The translations under genes were made by a program, and so were the position numbers. This document shows positions 37,892 through 48,586 of a DNA stretch of 64,000 bases, piece by piece. The notes under the pieces were generated by a model that had not been told where the DNA came from, searched no databases, and worked only from the letters and a program-made list of their open reading frames with translations. How positions within the stretch are numbered: position 1 is the first letter of the stretch; each line of letters starts with the position of its first letter. Origin of the DNA: a virus (taxonomy: Duplodnaviria; Caudoviricetes); IMG/VR virus record IMGVR_UViG_2597489997_000001, positions 64,001 to 128,000 of that record; one strand, given 5' to 3'.

Positions 37892-39161
37892 GCCCCCGGT
37901 TAAAGAAGAAGTTGCTTTACCGAAGGAGTACCGCCATACGTTAGTTGAGTCACGATATATTCCTCATACAAGTATGTTGTCCCACGTCCCTGGTACCCCA
38001 ACCAGGGTTTGGTGGTATCGCGGTTCTTATGGTCGTGATGAAGAACAGCATCAGTTTGAGCCAGAGTCTATCGAGACTTATGCTTCATATAAAGTGATCA
38101 AAGACCTTATCGTTAAAATCGATAATGGAAATGGTAACTTTAACTTCATTCAACAGAGTGGTCAGTCAGATCACCGTTTGTCTGGTTATGTCTTATTTGA
38201 TCTGACGCCTAACAAAGGCGACTTGTTCATTAAAGACGTAGGGGATGGTCGTGCTGGGCTATATGCTTTAGTTGAGCAACCTGAAATCAGAACCATCTAT
38301 GCTGATAAGTGTTACTACTTTGAAGCGGAACTCCAAGCATTTATGACCGATGCAGTTCAGGCCAATCTGGACTCTAAGGTTATTGAAGTACTTCACTATT
38401 CTAAAGACTCAGCAGTAGCTGGCGGTAATGCGGTACTTACCGAGAATGACTACAGTCTGAACAAACGTCTTTACGATATGCAGATTGCCATCATCGATGA
38501 CATCATGGCTAACCACTACTTCTGGGATGAAGATACGATCTGTATTCCTAATACGGAAGGTGATTGGTTGTACGATCCATATCTGGCGAAGTTCTTAAGC
38601 TACGTGTTCCCTACTAAGTTGGTCGGTGCTCGTAAGAAGATCACAACCCTGAGCGTTCAATATTACGTTGACGACAGGAAGATGCAAGATCCTATTACTG
38701 TGTGGGATATGTTCTATCGGAATGACTTCAGTAACCCAGCCCGATACAAACAGGACTACTACGTCCACCCTCGCAATAACCTGATCAACACCCGTTTCTA
38801 TGGTAACGTATTCTTCTCTAAATTTGACAGAGCAATCGTTATCCACAAAGAGAGTGCTCCACGTAACCCATACCTTTATAGCGGTGCATTAGTGCCGTCA
38901 CCAGTACCCAATCCACCCCGTCCCCCATCAGAGGGAACGAAGTGGGATTATTTCTTCGGAGATGATTTCTACAATGGTGGTGGTACTGATACTCAGAAGT
39001 TTATTTGGAAGATGTTCAAAGAGAAGACTATTGACAAAGCAGAGCTGATGAAAGTTCTGGAAGGTTATTGGTCTCTTGATGATGTCTCTAAACTTTACAT
39101 GAGTGGTATCTACGTTGGGGCTATTAAGACTGCGCTGGTAACTAACAGCCAATACACTTAA
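37863..39161 (+). CDS. Virion structural protein, possibly neck/head-tail connector (phiKZ gp99-like)
   Basis: AAGG RBS; PNKGDLFI motif resembles head-closure proteins; synteny. Confidence 0.5.
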   Translation: MAQTIIGSTKPPVKEEVALPKEYRHTLVESRYIPHTSMLSHVPGTPTRVWWYRGSYGRDEEQHQFEPESIETYASYKVIKDLIVKIDNGNGNFNFIQQSGQSDHRLSGYVLFDLTPNKGDLFIKDVGDGRAGLYALVEQPEIRTIYADKCYYFEAELQAFMTDAVQANLDSKVIEVLHYSKDSAVAGGNAVLTENDYSLNKRLYDMQIAIIDDIMANHYFWDEDTICIPNTEGDWLYDPYLAKFLSYVFPTKLVGARKKITTLSVQYYVDDRKMQDPITVWDMFYRNDFSNPARYKQDYYVHPRNNLINTRFYGNVFFSKFDRAIVIHKESAPRNPYLYSGALVPSPVPNPPRPPSEGTKWDYFFGDDFYNGGGTDTQKFIWKMFKEKTIDKAELMKVLEGYWSLDDVSKLYMSGIYVGAIKTALVTNSQYT

Positions 39162-39169
39162 GGCCAAGT

Positions 39170-39808
39170 ATGCAAACTGAACGTTATATCCATCTTCGTA
39201 AAGAACTGGTTAGACTGTACAAGGTTCTTACTGAACAAACCTATACGGTCATTATCCCGTTATCTTCATTCCTCACTCTGAAGCAACTCGAATATGCAAA
39301 GGAACGTCCACCGATCGCAGGATTTGAATCGTTGGAAATCCCGGTAGAACGTCCATTCACCATTGCTCGTTTACTCACTGCTGTTGACGTTATGGGGGAC
39401 GAGCTGGAGATTGGATTCCGATTCCCGCGTAAAGACATCCCTGAAGTCTACACCAATATCCAGGATTGGATTCGCTACTGGATAGAGATTAAACGAGATG
39501 CTGGGTACTTGAGGACCCCAAGCATTGATGAACTTGCATTAATGGAACGTCTGGCTAAATACGTATTCTCGGCGTACGCCCATTATCACCATGAGAAAAT
39601 CAATAAAACTCTGAACGTTAACACGCAAAGCGAGATGACTTTACTTGATATTCTTAAAGGCAAGATGATGTTCGGTTCTGATATAGATGAACCGATCTCA
39701 TTCATTTCTTATGTGGATGAGTGGCGTTCTTCGACTGGGTATTCAGCTCAGATGGAAGAGTCAAGGAGTTACAACGCGAGTATGTCTGGATTTGGCGGGG
39801 GTATGTAA
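39170..39808 (+). CDS. Conserved hypothetical protein (phiKZ gp100-like)
   Basis: TAAGG RBS; synteny. Confidence 0.55.
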   Translation: MQTERYIHLRKELVRLYKVLTEQTYTVIIPLSSFLTLKQLEYAKERPPIAGFESLEIPVERPFTIARLLTAVDVMGDELEIGFRFPRKDIPEVYTNIQDWIRYWIEIKRDAGYLRTPSIDELALMERLAKYVFSAYAHYHHEKINKTLNVNTQSEMTLLDILKGKMMFGSDIDEPISFISYVDEWRSSTGYSAQMEESRSYNASMSGFGGGM

Positions 39809-41148
39809 TGCTCGGTAATCAGATTCAGGCATTTCTTAAACAAGCCACACTAACAGCTAAGATTACGAATAACCCTGCTGAGACAATGACCATCCAAGTC
39901 ATCATAATCACGCCTACGAACCAATATACGGCGTTAGGATGTGAAAGGATGGTAGAGATGGCTGACTTTGTTACAGGGACGTCAGAGACCGTACAGATTC
40001 GTGTGCGTCTACAACCATCAGTCTACTTCGACAAGATCGTTCCATATCGTGATGATATCAAGATTCAAGTCGTAATGGATTCAGGTACTGACAGGTTTGT
40101 AAGGGAGTACACCGGGGTTCCTCTTGTCGACAGGGACGTTCGTTCAGAGAGCAACAACACTGCTGCTACTAACTTGGAAGCACTGGATACCACTAACCTG
40201 GTAGCTTATGAATTCCAGTTAATAGATCCTGGGTATGCCGTTATTCGTAATAAGCCTGTATCGAACATCTATCAGATGGCAAACATCGAGAACGTGCTCG
40301 GTACAGTAATGGAAGAAGAAACTAAGAAGTTAGGATTGACCGGTTATAGTGCATATAAGGGAATGTACATGCACCGCCCTGTAGATAACACCAAAAACTA
40401 TCCGCAGATCATCTTACCTTCCGGTACCCGTCTTAAGGACGTCCCACGGTATCTCCAGAATCATAACGAGTATGGGGTTTACTCTAAAGGGTGTGGTTGC
40501 TTCTATAAGCAGAACTACTGGTGGATTTATCCGTTGTTCAATACCAACCTTTCAGATACCCATCCTCGACCTATCGATATTCTCAGAGTACCAGAGAACA
40601 AGATACCTGATTTGGACCATACGTTTTATCGTTCTGATATCTCCATGACAATCATAGCTTGTGGTAAAGGCGATCATAAAGATAGAGCCGATATCCGTAA
40701 GCAGAATGATGGTGTTGGGCAACGTGTTGTTATGGGTGATTCAATAGCCGGTGATACTGGCTACCACTATAACAATGGACGTGCTATTACCACTCGTGCT
40801 GACTCCATGCAAGAGTATAAACTATCAGACAGACGTAATGGTGAGGAATGGACGCCAATCGATCTGAACCCTACTGGTAACGTTTGCGCACCTATGTCAA
40901 CTAACGCCTTCAACGAAGGTGAGATAATTGAAGTGGAGTGGCGTAACGGAGATGTGGGTTATTTGGAACCAGGACACCCTGTACGCTATCAGTACATGCA
41001 AGATGAGGATACCATGTCACTTAGACGTGGCGTGCTCTTAGGGTACCGTACAGACTTTATTCCGATCACTACCTATGCAACACCGATGTTAAAACGCACA
41101 ACTATATTGAAGTTGTTCTTAAAACGTCAAGAAAAGTATAAAGCGTAA
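39808..41148 (+). CDS. Baseplate hub protein (T4 gp27-like; phiKZ gp101-like)
   Basis: TAATG overlap; QIILP..., YGVY..G...FY...WWIYPLFNT and LEPGHPVRY motifs; synteny. Confidence 0.55.
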   Translation: MLGNQIQAFLKQATLTAKITNNPAETMTIQVIIITPTNQYTALGCERMVEMADFVTGTSETVQIRVRLQPSVYFDKIVPYRDDIKIQVVMDSGTDRFVREYTGVPLVDRDVRSESNNTAATNLEALDTTNLVAYEFQLIDPGYAVIRNKPVSNIYQMANIENVLGTVMEEETKKLGLTGYSAYKGMYMHRPVDNTKNYPQIILPSGTRLKDVPRYLQNHNEYGVYSKGCGCFYKQNYWWIYPLFNTNLSDTHPRPIDILRVPENKIPDLDHTFYRSDISMTIIACGKGDHKDRADIRKQNDGVGQRVVMGDSIAGDTGYHYNNGRAITTRADSMQEYKLSDRRNGEEWTPIDLNPTGNVCAPMSTNAFNEGEIIEVEWRNGDVGYLEPGHPVRYQYMQDEDTMSLRRGVLLGYRTDFIPITTYATPMLKRTTILKLFLKRQEKYKA

Positions 41149-41164
41149 AACAAATACATAACTA

Positions 41165-41194
41165 CTAGAACAGGACCGCGAGGTCCTGTTCTAG
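41165..41194. terminator. Bidirectional hairpin between convergent genes
   Basis: CTAGAACAGGACC-GCGA-GGTCCTGTTCTAG. Confidence 0.8.
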
Positions 41195-41204
41195 CATTTG
41201 CTTG

Positions 41205-42749
41205 TTATGCTTCCATATCGTCGAAGTCTGAACCGCCACCCATTGCTTCACTACGGTGTGATAGTGATTTACGGAAAATCTTTTTCTCGAAGTTTACATC
41301 GTGGACTAAGCCATTATGAGGATCAAGAGGATAAATACCAAAACGGTTGCTTTCCATTGCTCCTTCACCACGCATCTTACCGACGTAGTAAGTAAAGAAG
41401 TTTTCGTTGTTCTGCATCTTAGCAACGTGGAAACCAATAACACAGTCTACTTCGTTCGTTAACTTAGTTGAACCTTCAGTCATTGACTTACCGCCAACAT
41501 CACGGATGAAGTATGCTTCTGAATCGTCGTCCTGTTCACGAATGAACTTCTTAGCTTCTGGGTTAAGCTGATGCGGTGTGAGCAGAGCTGCACCACGAGA
41601 GGTAAAGAAGTTACGAGCACGGTTATACAAGTTCTGAAGTTTATCAGAACGAGATTCACCTTGACAACCAGACAAGTCAGCCATAGCCAAGTAGTCATAA
41701 GCTGCAACGATGATTTCGTGACCTTTCAGTTCCAGTGTGCGAATACGCTGCATGATTTCGTGAATGTTATCATGAGACGGGTTAACACGATAGAACTTAA
41801 ATGCCCAACCGGACTCTTCAAACGTTTCGATGATCGTAGTCACAACTTCGTTAGTCGTAGCTTTAAAGAAGTCTGGCTTAGTACCAGTCTTAGCAGTAAC
41901 GAACAGTTCATACATACGCTTAAAGATCAGACCTAAGCTATCCTCAGCTGACATCAATACAACAGTTGGAATCTTCGTCTTATTACGGAGAATCGGTTTG
42001 TTGTATAAAGGAACTGATGCGATGAGGTGAGCAAGACCAAATGACTTACCACGGTTAGTCAGAGCTTCGATCATGTACATCAAACCACGACGGATACCGC
42101 AGTCAGGATACAGAGCTTCGTTAAGACCAGCCAAACCAGTTTTAATAATACCTTCTGGAGAGATCTCAACTTTAAGCTGATCGATTACACTTGCAATACC
42201 TTCTGGGTTATCAGAACCCGTAGCTTCAACCACAGCTTTATCGAAGGTATTCTCATTCATGTCGTTAATCTTCTCAGAGATCAACTCACCCATTTTAATC
42301 CAATCATCTTTACTAAGGTCTTGTTCACCTTCAAAGAGGATTGGTCTAACCATACTGCGAAACTCTGCCGAGAATTTCCCACGAGTATCGACATCACGCA
42401 GTTCTTTAATAATTTGGAAGATAAGATGACGGGCATCTTCAGTCGCATAACCATCTACGAATGCTTCTCCCAGAACTTTCTCTAACTCAGGAGAAAGAAG
42501 GATAATCTCTGCAACCTTACTGGACAGCAATGATGTTATGATATTGGAGTCTTCGGGCTGCTCACGTATCCAGCCGAGTAGTTTACGAAGATACGCTTCT
42601 GTTTTCTTGTCTTGTTGAACCAAGCTCTCTTTGCTCTTAGGAACATCACCTGCGAGTAAGATGATTTCATCCATGAGGTCTACGTCTTTTAAACGCCATG
42701 CTTGATACATCGCAGTAGCTAATTTGACGAGACGAATCAGGTTGTTCAT
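41205..42749 (-). CDS. dnaB: DnaB-like replicative helicase (phiKZ gp118-like)
   Basis: Walker A ALTNRGKS, H1a MSAED, Walker B AYDYL, H3 PHQLN, arginine finger KMRG; AGGAG RBS. Confidence 0.85.
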   Translation of the reverse strand: MNNLIRLVKLATAMYQAWRLKDVDLMDEIILLAGDVPKSKESLVQQDKKTEAYLRKLLGWIREQPEDSNIITSLLSSKVAEIILLSPELEKVLGEAFVDGYATEDARHLIFQIIKELRDVDTRGKFSAEFRSMVRPILFEGEQDLSKDDWIKMGELISEKINDMNENTFDKAVVEATGSDNPEGIASVIDQLKVEISPEGIIKTGLAGLNEALYPDCGIRRGLMYMIEALTNRGKSFGLAHLIASVPLYNKPILRNKTKIPTVVLMSAEDSLGLIFKRMYELFVTAKTGTKPDFFKATTNEVVTTIIETFEESGWAFKFYRVNPSHDNIHEIMQRIRTLELKGHEIIVAAYDYLAMADLSGCQGESRSDKLQNLYNRARNFFTSRGAALLTPHQLNPEAKKFIREQDDDSEAYFIRDVGGKSMTEGSTKLTNEVDCVIGFHVAKMQNNENFFTYYVGKMRGEGAMESNRFGIYPLDPHNGLVHDVNFEKKIFRKSLSHRSEAMGGGSDFDDMEA

Positions 42750-42787
42750 TTATTGCTCCTAGTAAAAATCTTTTAAAGGTAATTAGT

Positions 42788-43339
42788 ATGATTTTAAGAC
42801 TTGGTGAAAATGTTGTAGATGTACTGTTCCTTAACGAACAACACCTCCACATGTTGAATTCTTTAAATATTGAACTGAAGGATTTGCCTTATCTACCTAA
42901 GTTCAATGAAGTGTCCGATCAAGATTGTCTTGATTGGCTGGGCTTCCAGCGCGCTGTCGAGAAACAATACTGTGGTTTCAAGACTACAACTTATGATTAC
43001 GCCAGTGATATTACAGTTGGTAAAATTAATCGTGAAGGCGTAGTTTATAAAACAAAATATGATGAAGTACTAAATGCAGACCGTAGTGTTAATTTAGGTT
43101 CGCACTTTGCTTATCATTTGTTCAACGGTAAACTCTTTATCTTGAGCTCCAGTAATACTGTGAATAGTAAAATGTTCACAACCGTGCAGGGGAATCTGGC
43201 CAGTTCTCTTTACCAGGCTTTACTGAACTCCTTCAGCACTTTTGAAACTTACGGCCGTGAGAGTAAAAATCTCAAGGAATCGGTAAGCCAAAGAAAGTAT
43301 ATTGATCTCGGTTTTGTGCTTTCTAAGTTAGTTAATTAA
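42788..43339 (+). CDS. Conserved protein upstream of the major capsid gene (phiKZ gp119-like)
   Basis: AAGGT RBS; synteny. Confidence 0.6.
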   Translation: MILRLGENVVDVLFLNEQHLHMLNSLNIELKDLPYLPKFNEVSDQDCLDWLGFQRAVEKQYCGFKTTTYDYASDITVGKINREGVVYKTKYDEVLNADRSVNLGSHFAYHLFNGKLFILSSSNTVNSKMFTTVQGNLASSLYQALLNSFSTFETYGRESKNLKESVSQRKYIDLGFVLSKLVN

Positions 43340-43460
43340 ATAGGTGTAGAGTTACTGTTGATGCGTGTTACAGATACTTATCTATCTTATGCGTAAAAAT
43401 ATTAACTACTGCGAACAAATGCATTTGTTTTCAAAAAGACTTCTTTAAAGGTAATTTATA

Positions 43461-45620
43461 ATGGAACAAAATAACGAATTCCGTTTTGGTATCTCCAAAT
43501 CTGGCGTAGACCTGAAAGCACTGATGACTGGCGTTGTTAGCAACCAGCAGTCCGACGGTACCCTGCGTGGTCTGGTTGGCGCTGAGTCAATGACCGATGG
43601 CCTGAAAGCTATCGAGAAAGGCATGGGCTTCAACCAGAAGAACGCTATCTCTTCTCTGATCGCTGACAGCGGTAAGTTCAACAGCCGCGCTGAAGCACTG
43701 AAAGCAGTTGTAGCTCACGGTGGTATGGAATCATTCTCCATGCAGCTGGATGCTGGTAACGTTGCTCGTCAGAAAGCTGCTACCATTGAACTGAACGCCC
43801 GTTCTAACCGTCAGTGGGATGCTGCTGAAGCTCTGTACCCAACTCTGATCATTCCTTACGATCAAGAAGCTCTGGTACTGCCAATCGATATCGCTGGTGT
43901 TGGTGCTTATAACGCATCTGGTAACGCTAACGAAGCTTTCGAAGATCTGCGTCCAATCGCTTCCGTTCTGGCTGACAGCAAATTCAACGCTGGCGACGAT
44001 CTGAAACTGGTTCCAGTATTGCCTGCTAACCCAACCGACGCTAACGCTGCGATGTTCGTACCGTCTGCTGACTGGGCTCCATGGGATACTACCTATGACG
44101 CAAACGACCTGCTGGGTCGTGAAGCTCATAAAACCAACTTCCTGGCGATCCGCAAGATCAACAACCTGCTGTCCCTGTGCCGTGCTCCAGGCGCGACTGC
44201 ATTTGAGCAGAACGATGAGATCGAAGCATCTTCTATCAAACTGAACCGCATCCTGCTGAAACTGAAAACCAAAGATGGTGAAGGTTTCGTTACTCTGGAC
44301 ACAGCTTCTATGGCTGGTGTTGCAGCCCGTCCGTCTACCGGTACTACTGCTGACGAAAAACGTCAGATCAACTTCGTACTGAACGGCCTGAACGTTGCAA
44401 ACCTGAAAGACAAAGACGGCAAAGCTACCGAGCTGTTCAAGTCTCTGACTGACGCTGGTCTGAAAGTATTCCTGTCTATGGAACTGAGCGCGACTTATCA
44501 TCGTTCTACCCGTAGCTGGTCTCCAACCGTATCTCCAGTTGCAGTTGCATACGTAATCAACAAAGACGGCGACCGTCTGGTAGTTGGTCACAGCAACATG
44601 CCTGCTGATATCGCAACTCTGATCACCGATCAAGCAGTTGAAGCTTCTATCCACGGTGTGGATCTGAAGATGAACCACGCGAACACCAACCGTAGCCGTT
44701 ACGGTACTACTGTTGTTTACGCTAACACCACCAAGTCCTACAACATCCAGCGCCGTCAGCCAATCAGCGTTAAGTACCCAATGCTGAATGATGACAACAA
44801 CGCTGACGTACTGGCAATGCTGGTACAGCAGATGGACATCATGGTTACCCGTAACATGTCTCACGACGCATTCAAAGCTGCTAACCAGCACTTCGCTTAC
44901 GTTTACGACAACAACGGTATGAAGATCGTTAACATCAATGACGACTCTTCTTCTGTACTGCCAGGTCAGCACTTCCTGGGTACCGTGGGCATCGAGTCCG
45001 AGATCGACCTGATCACTGAAGTTTCCACCCTGGATTCTAAAGACACTCTGGCGAACATCGAAGCTGCTCTGGTGAACAAGGTATACGACATCATCACTGG
45101 TCTGCGTGTACGTTCTAACATCTCCGCTCTGAAAGAGCTGGATGGTCGTGAAGAAGCTTACACCATCATCGCTCACGCATCCCTGGCTCCGTTCCTGATG
45201 CGTACTGGTGACTACCGTACCTTCGGTACCAATGTTAAGTTCAAAGTACTCGAAACTAACATCGATTCCGAAGTTGGTCGTATGTGGGTCATTCCTGAGT
45301 CTCAGACTAAGAATGGCGTAGTTGATATCTTCGGCGGCATGGGTATCTGTGTAGCTAAAGAACTGCTGGTAATCGAAGGTTCTGTAAACCAGAGCGATCG
45401 TCAATACCGCATGATCATCACTCAGCCTGCATACCAGCACCACAGCCTGTGCCCAGTAGCTGGCCGTCTGACCATCAAAGACATCGATAAACTGATGGGC
45501 GACGAAGGTCTGATCGCGCTGGTCAACAAACACCTGGTTACCGTTAACGGTAAACTGGAAGGCGCTGCTGGCGGTACCGGTAAAGAAATCGAAGTTGAAA
45601 TCCCAGGCACCAACGGCTAA
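43461..45620 (+). CDS. Major capsid protein precursor (phiKZ gp120-like)
   Basis: 719 aa; very strong codon bias; AAEALYPT motif; propeptide sites GAES (E42) and GMES (E90); follows the divergent DnaB gene; strong terminator. Confidence 0.85.
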   Translation: MEQNNEFRFGISKSGVDLKALMTGVVSNQQSDGTLRGLVGAESMTDGLKAIEKGMGFNQKNAISSLIADSGKFNSRAEALKAVVAHGGMESFSMQLDAGNVARQKAATIELNARSNRQWDAAEALYPTLIIPYDQEALVLPIDIAGVGAYNASGNANEAFEDLRPIASVLADSKFNAGDDLKLVPVLPANPTDANAAMFVPSADWAPWDTTYDANDLLGREAHKTNFLAIRKINNLLSLCRAPGATAFEQNDEIEASSIKLNRILLKLKTKDGEGFVTLDTASMAGVAARPSTGTTADEKRQINFVLNGLNVANLKDKDGKATELFKSLTDAGLKVFLSMELSATYHRSTRSWSPTVSPVAVAYVINKDGDRLVVGHSNMPADIATLITDQAVEASIHGVDLKMNHANTNRSRYGTTVVYANTTKSYNIQRRQPISVKYPMLNDDNNADVLAMLVQQMDIMVTRNMSHDAFKAANQHFAYVYDNNGMKIVNINDDSSSVLPGQHFLGTVGIESEIDLITEVSTLDSKDTLANIEAALVNKVYDIITGLRVRSNISALKELDGREEAYTIIAHASLAPFLMRTGDYRTFGTNVKFKVLETNIDSEVGRMWVIPESQTKNGVVDIFGGMGICVAKELLVIEGSVNQSDRQYRMIITQPAYQHHSLCPVAGRLTIKDIDKLMGDEGLIALVNKHLVTVNGKLEGAAGGTGKEIEVEIPGTNG

Positions 45621-45659
45621 GCCATTGAACCTGTGAACAACAAATAAGTTACGCACTTT

Positions 45660-45696
45660 CCTCCTACCTCACCTTCGGGTGGGGTAGGGGGTTTTT
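45660..45696 (+). terminator. Intrinsic terminator after the capsid gene
   Basis: CCTCCTACCTCACC-TTCG-GGTGGGGTAGGGGG-TTTTT. Confidence 0.85.
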
Positions 45697-45732
45697 GTTG
45701 TCTATTAAAAGATGCGGCTAAAAAAGTTTAAG

Positions 45733-45751
45733 CAGATATTATCCTTATGTA
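45733..45751 (+). promoter_or_regulatory. Putative early promoter for the nvRNAP beta operon
   Basis: CAGATATTAT-CCTTA-TGTA. Confidence 0.55.
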
Positions 45752-45788
45752 AACGTATGTGTGTTTACAATCACAAGAGGAAATAGAT

Positions 45789-46874
45789 GTGGGAAACGTG
45801 TCCGGTGACAACTGGCATCACGGTATCCATACTCCGGTTGTAGAAGGAATTGAATATTTCAACTATTCTGATTTCGATGTGACTATCACTGACAAGTTAG
45901 GAATAGAAATTGAGATACTTAGGTCAGAACACCGACCTGAACGTCTGGAAGATCGCGGCAAGGTAATTGCTCGTGTAACCAGATTAGCAGATCCACGCCG
46001 AGTTAACATACCGACGGTTGATGCACGTCTCGCTGTTGATCGTGAATACCTTATGCAGTTTAAGCGTAGCCTTGATCATCAGAAGACACGCATTGGTGAG
46101 TACGTACCTGAAACTACCCAGATGCGTTTAGCCATGCAAGCTGAATTACGGTTTGACTTCTACACCCCTACAACGATTGCAAAATCGAACCTCTTAGGTA
46201 TCACAGTCCGTGCCTCTTCTAACCGAGAAGCACAACAGTCTCCTGATACTCCTCTGGGATATATTCAGAGTGTTATCGGGGACGAGTTACGTGATGTAGA
46301 TGTAGAATGTGACAATGGGGTAGATAAGGGTATCCGTACTCTGTTCTCTGCCAGACTAATAGATAATACTAATCGTGTAGGTCCATTGTGGACTAGTGGA
46401 TTTGGTTCCACCTCTCGAGTAGTCCCAGTTAAAGATGAGGAGCAAATAGAAGGGCTATACTTAGCCGGTGGATTAGGATTAAAACATCAAGAGTTTATAC
46501 CAATCGATGATCTCATGGATCAAAAGAAACTAGTCTCGTTAAATCTACATCGAACGGAGCTAGATGCCAAACGTCATAGCACAGGAGAGTTCACAACCTC
46601 GGTTATTACTGAGAGAGATAAATTACGCAAAGAAAATAAAGATCTTAAGAATGACAATGGGAAGCTAACAGGAAAAGTAGAATCCCTGGAAAACAAACTA
46701 GAGATCGAAAAAGTAAATAAAGCCCATAGTGATTTTAAACAGACACGCACTATGGAGTATATAAAAGAAAACAACGTTAGCAATGTTTTAGGCGGCTTTA
46801 CCCGACTGTTCAGTACGGTAATGACCAACTTCAAAACGCTGATAGGTTTCTTGTCTGTTATTAAAGCAATGTAA
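45789..46874 (+). CDS. Conserved hypothetical protein with C-terminal coiled coil
   Basis: AGAGGA RBS before GTG 45789; heptad stretch ERDKLRKENKDLK...LENKLE. Confidence 0.65.
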   Translation: MGNVSGDNWHHGIHTPVVEGIEYFNYSDFDVTITDKLGIEIEILRSEHRPERLEDRGKVIARVTRLADPRRVNIPTVDARLAVDREYLMQFKRSLDHQKTRIGEYVPETTQMRLAMQAELRFDFYTPTTIAKSNLLGITVRASSNREAQQSPDTPLGYIQSVIGDELRDVDVECDNGVDKGIRTLFSARLIDNTNRVGPLWTSGFGSTSRVVPVKDEEQIEGLYLAGGLGLKHQEFIPIDDLMDQKKLVSLNLHRTELDAKRHSTGEFTTSVITERDKLRKENKDLKNDNGKLTGKVESLENKLEIEKVNKAHSDFKQTRTMEYIKENNVSNVLGGFTRLFSTVMTNFKTLIGFLSVIKAM

Positions 46875-46889
46875 GTTTAGGAGAGATAG

Positions 46890-48581
46890 ATGGATCCGCA
46901 ACTGCTCAAAAAGGTCAGGCGTGACCGTGGTGGCTTTACCCCAGAGCTTACAGATGGATGGCACAAGAAGGACATGGACAAAATTGCACCTCACTATGAG
47001 AAGTGCCTTGAGAACATGTTCCGATCTCTTCAGGAGAAGGGCTATTACTTTGATGGGATCGAAGAGGTTTGTCCTCTGGAATTCTACAATCAGATCACTC
47101 GATCTAGTAGTAGCGGTACCAAAGACTTTGAAATCGCTAAGAACAGTTTCTTTGGGGTTCGTATCAAGAACCACTTTAAAGATCCAGTTACTGGTGTAGA
47201 GTCAGAATTGAAATCCCCGCTGATCTTCCTGGCTTATACTAATAAGCACGGTGATCTGTATACACGTAACAGCACGTATTCACTTCAGTATGTTTTATCT
47301 GAACGTGGTCCTTCTGTTGATGGTGGTCGTGATAAAACCATCTTCATCCGTGTACTGGGATATAAGTTCAAAGTAACCAAAGAGATTCACACTTTCAACC
47401 GTGTGTTCCGTACGGGTAATAAAGTCCAAACTGGTGCGATCAATATGACGCTTCCGGCAAACCGCTTTTATAACTCCCGTAATGATCGTAAGATCACAAG
47501 TAAGAAAGTACCAATTCCATTGCTGGCTTGGTATGTGTTTGGGAAATATGGTTTTGATCATTGCATGAAGGAATTTGCTGAGTGCGATTACATGATCGAT
47601 ACCTTGGACACATTACTGTCTATCTGCCCTGAAGATGATGGGTGGCAAATCTTCTCTAACACACAGTCTATCCATCCGAAAGCGTTCGATCGTCCAAAGG
47701 GCACTCCTCTGTTAGAGGAACCGGCTATCGCGATCAAGACGCGTAATAAAGGTGGTGAAGTAAGTAACCTGGCTTTACAGTACTCTGCTGGACTGTTGTT
47801 CATGTTTGGTGTATTCAGTCATGAACTGGATATCCGTCGACTGGATGACATTAACTATTGGCGTTGGATCATCGGCCGGTGTTCTATTCGTCTCCCAGCA
47901 AAAACAGCACCTGATGTGTATCTTCGTCAAATGAACGAACACTTCAGTTCTGTTGAAGAGTATGCTGATGATATTACCATCGATAAGTATAACAAGTTCG
48001 ACATCGAAGTTAAATCGACGTATGACCTGTTAAACTACTTGATGCTCAATTACTCTGCACTGATCAAACTGTACAACCCTGCTGATATGCTCCACAAAGA
48101 GCTAGCATCAATGGAGTTCCTTCTGGACTTCCTGATTCACCAGGCGAACGACTTTAAGTTCATGATCCGTAACAAGAGTAATATCACACCGAAGATTATC
48201 AACCGTGAACTAGACGCTCATTTCCGTCTGTTCAATATGGATAAGTCGGTACGTGAAAACAATACCATCTTAGAACAAACCGGCACTGATAACCCGTTCA
48301 TTGACTATGGACTGGGGATCATTCTTCAGACTAAGTCTACGGTAAACCGTGGACCAGGTAAAAAGAAAGAAGAATTCGATCCGAACCACCCTGGCAGCGT
48401 TATTGATGCTTCCCAGCCATTTGTGTGTTCGTATCAGTATAGTACAAAACCAAACCCAGATAGTCGTGGGATGTTACAACCTCGGGTGTGTCTCGTGCAG
48501 GGTAAGTATACCTCACTCCATCCCGAGGATCGGGAGGACTACGAGGCACTAAAACATCGTCTTAAGTTTAGAGAGAGTTAA
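46890..48581 (+). CDS. Non-virion RNA polymerase beta N-terminal subunit (phiKZ gp123-like)
   Basis: AGGAG RBS; RpoB-like segment LAYTNKHGDLYTRNSTYSLQYVLSE and a degenerate fork-loop region near the C-terminus; synteny after the capsid gene. Confidence 0.7.
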   Translation: MDPQLLKKVRRDRGGFTPELTDGWHKKDMDKIAPHYEKCLENMFRSLQEKGYYFDGIEEVCPLEFYNQITRSSSSGTKDFEIAKNSFFGVRIKNHFKDPVTGVESELKSPLIFLAYTNKHGDLYTRNSTYSLQYVLSERGPSVDGGRDKTIFIRVLGYKFKVTKEIHTFNRVFRTGNKVQTGAINMTLPANRFYNSRNDRKITSKKVPIPLLAWYVFGKYGFDHCMKEFAECDYMIDTLDTLLSICPEDDGWQIFSNTQSIHPKAFDRPKGTPLLEEPAIAIKTRNKGGEVSNLALQYSAGLLFMFGVFSHELDIRRLDDINYWRWIIGRCSIRLPAKTAPDVYLRQMNEHFSSVEEYADDITIDKYNKFDIEVKSTYDLLNYLMLNYSALIKLYNPADMLHKELASMEFLLDFLIHQANDFKFMIRNKSNITPKIINRELDAHFRLFNMDKSVRENNTILEQTGTDNPFIDYGLGIILQTKSTVNRGPGKKKEEFDPNHPGSVIDASQPFVCSYQYSTKPNPDSRGMLQPRVCLVQGKYTSLHPEDREDYEALKHRLKFRES

Positions 48582-48586
48582 AATAA

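Noticed and set aside
43731-45656. 641-aa antisense ORF opposite the capsid gene
   Set aside because: Expected shadow of extreme codon bias, since TTA, CTA and TCA are nearly absent on the sense strand. It has no RBS and no protein-like motifs.
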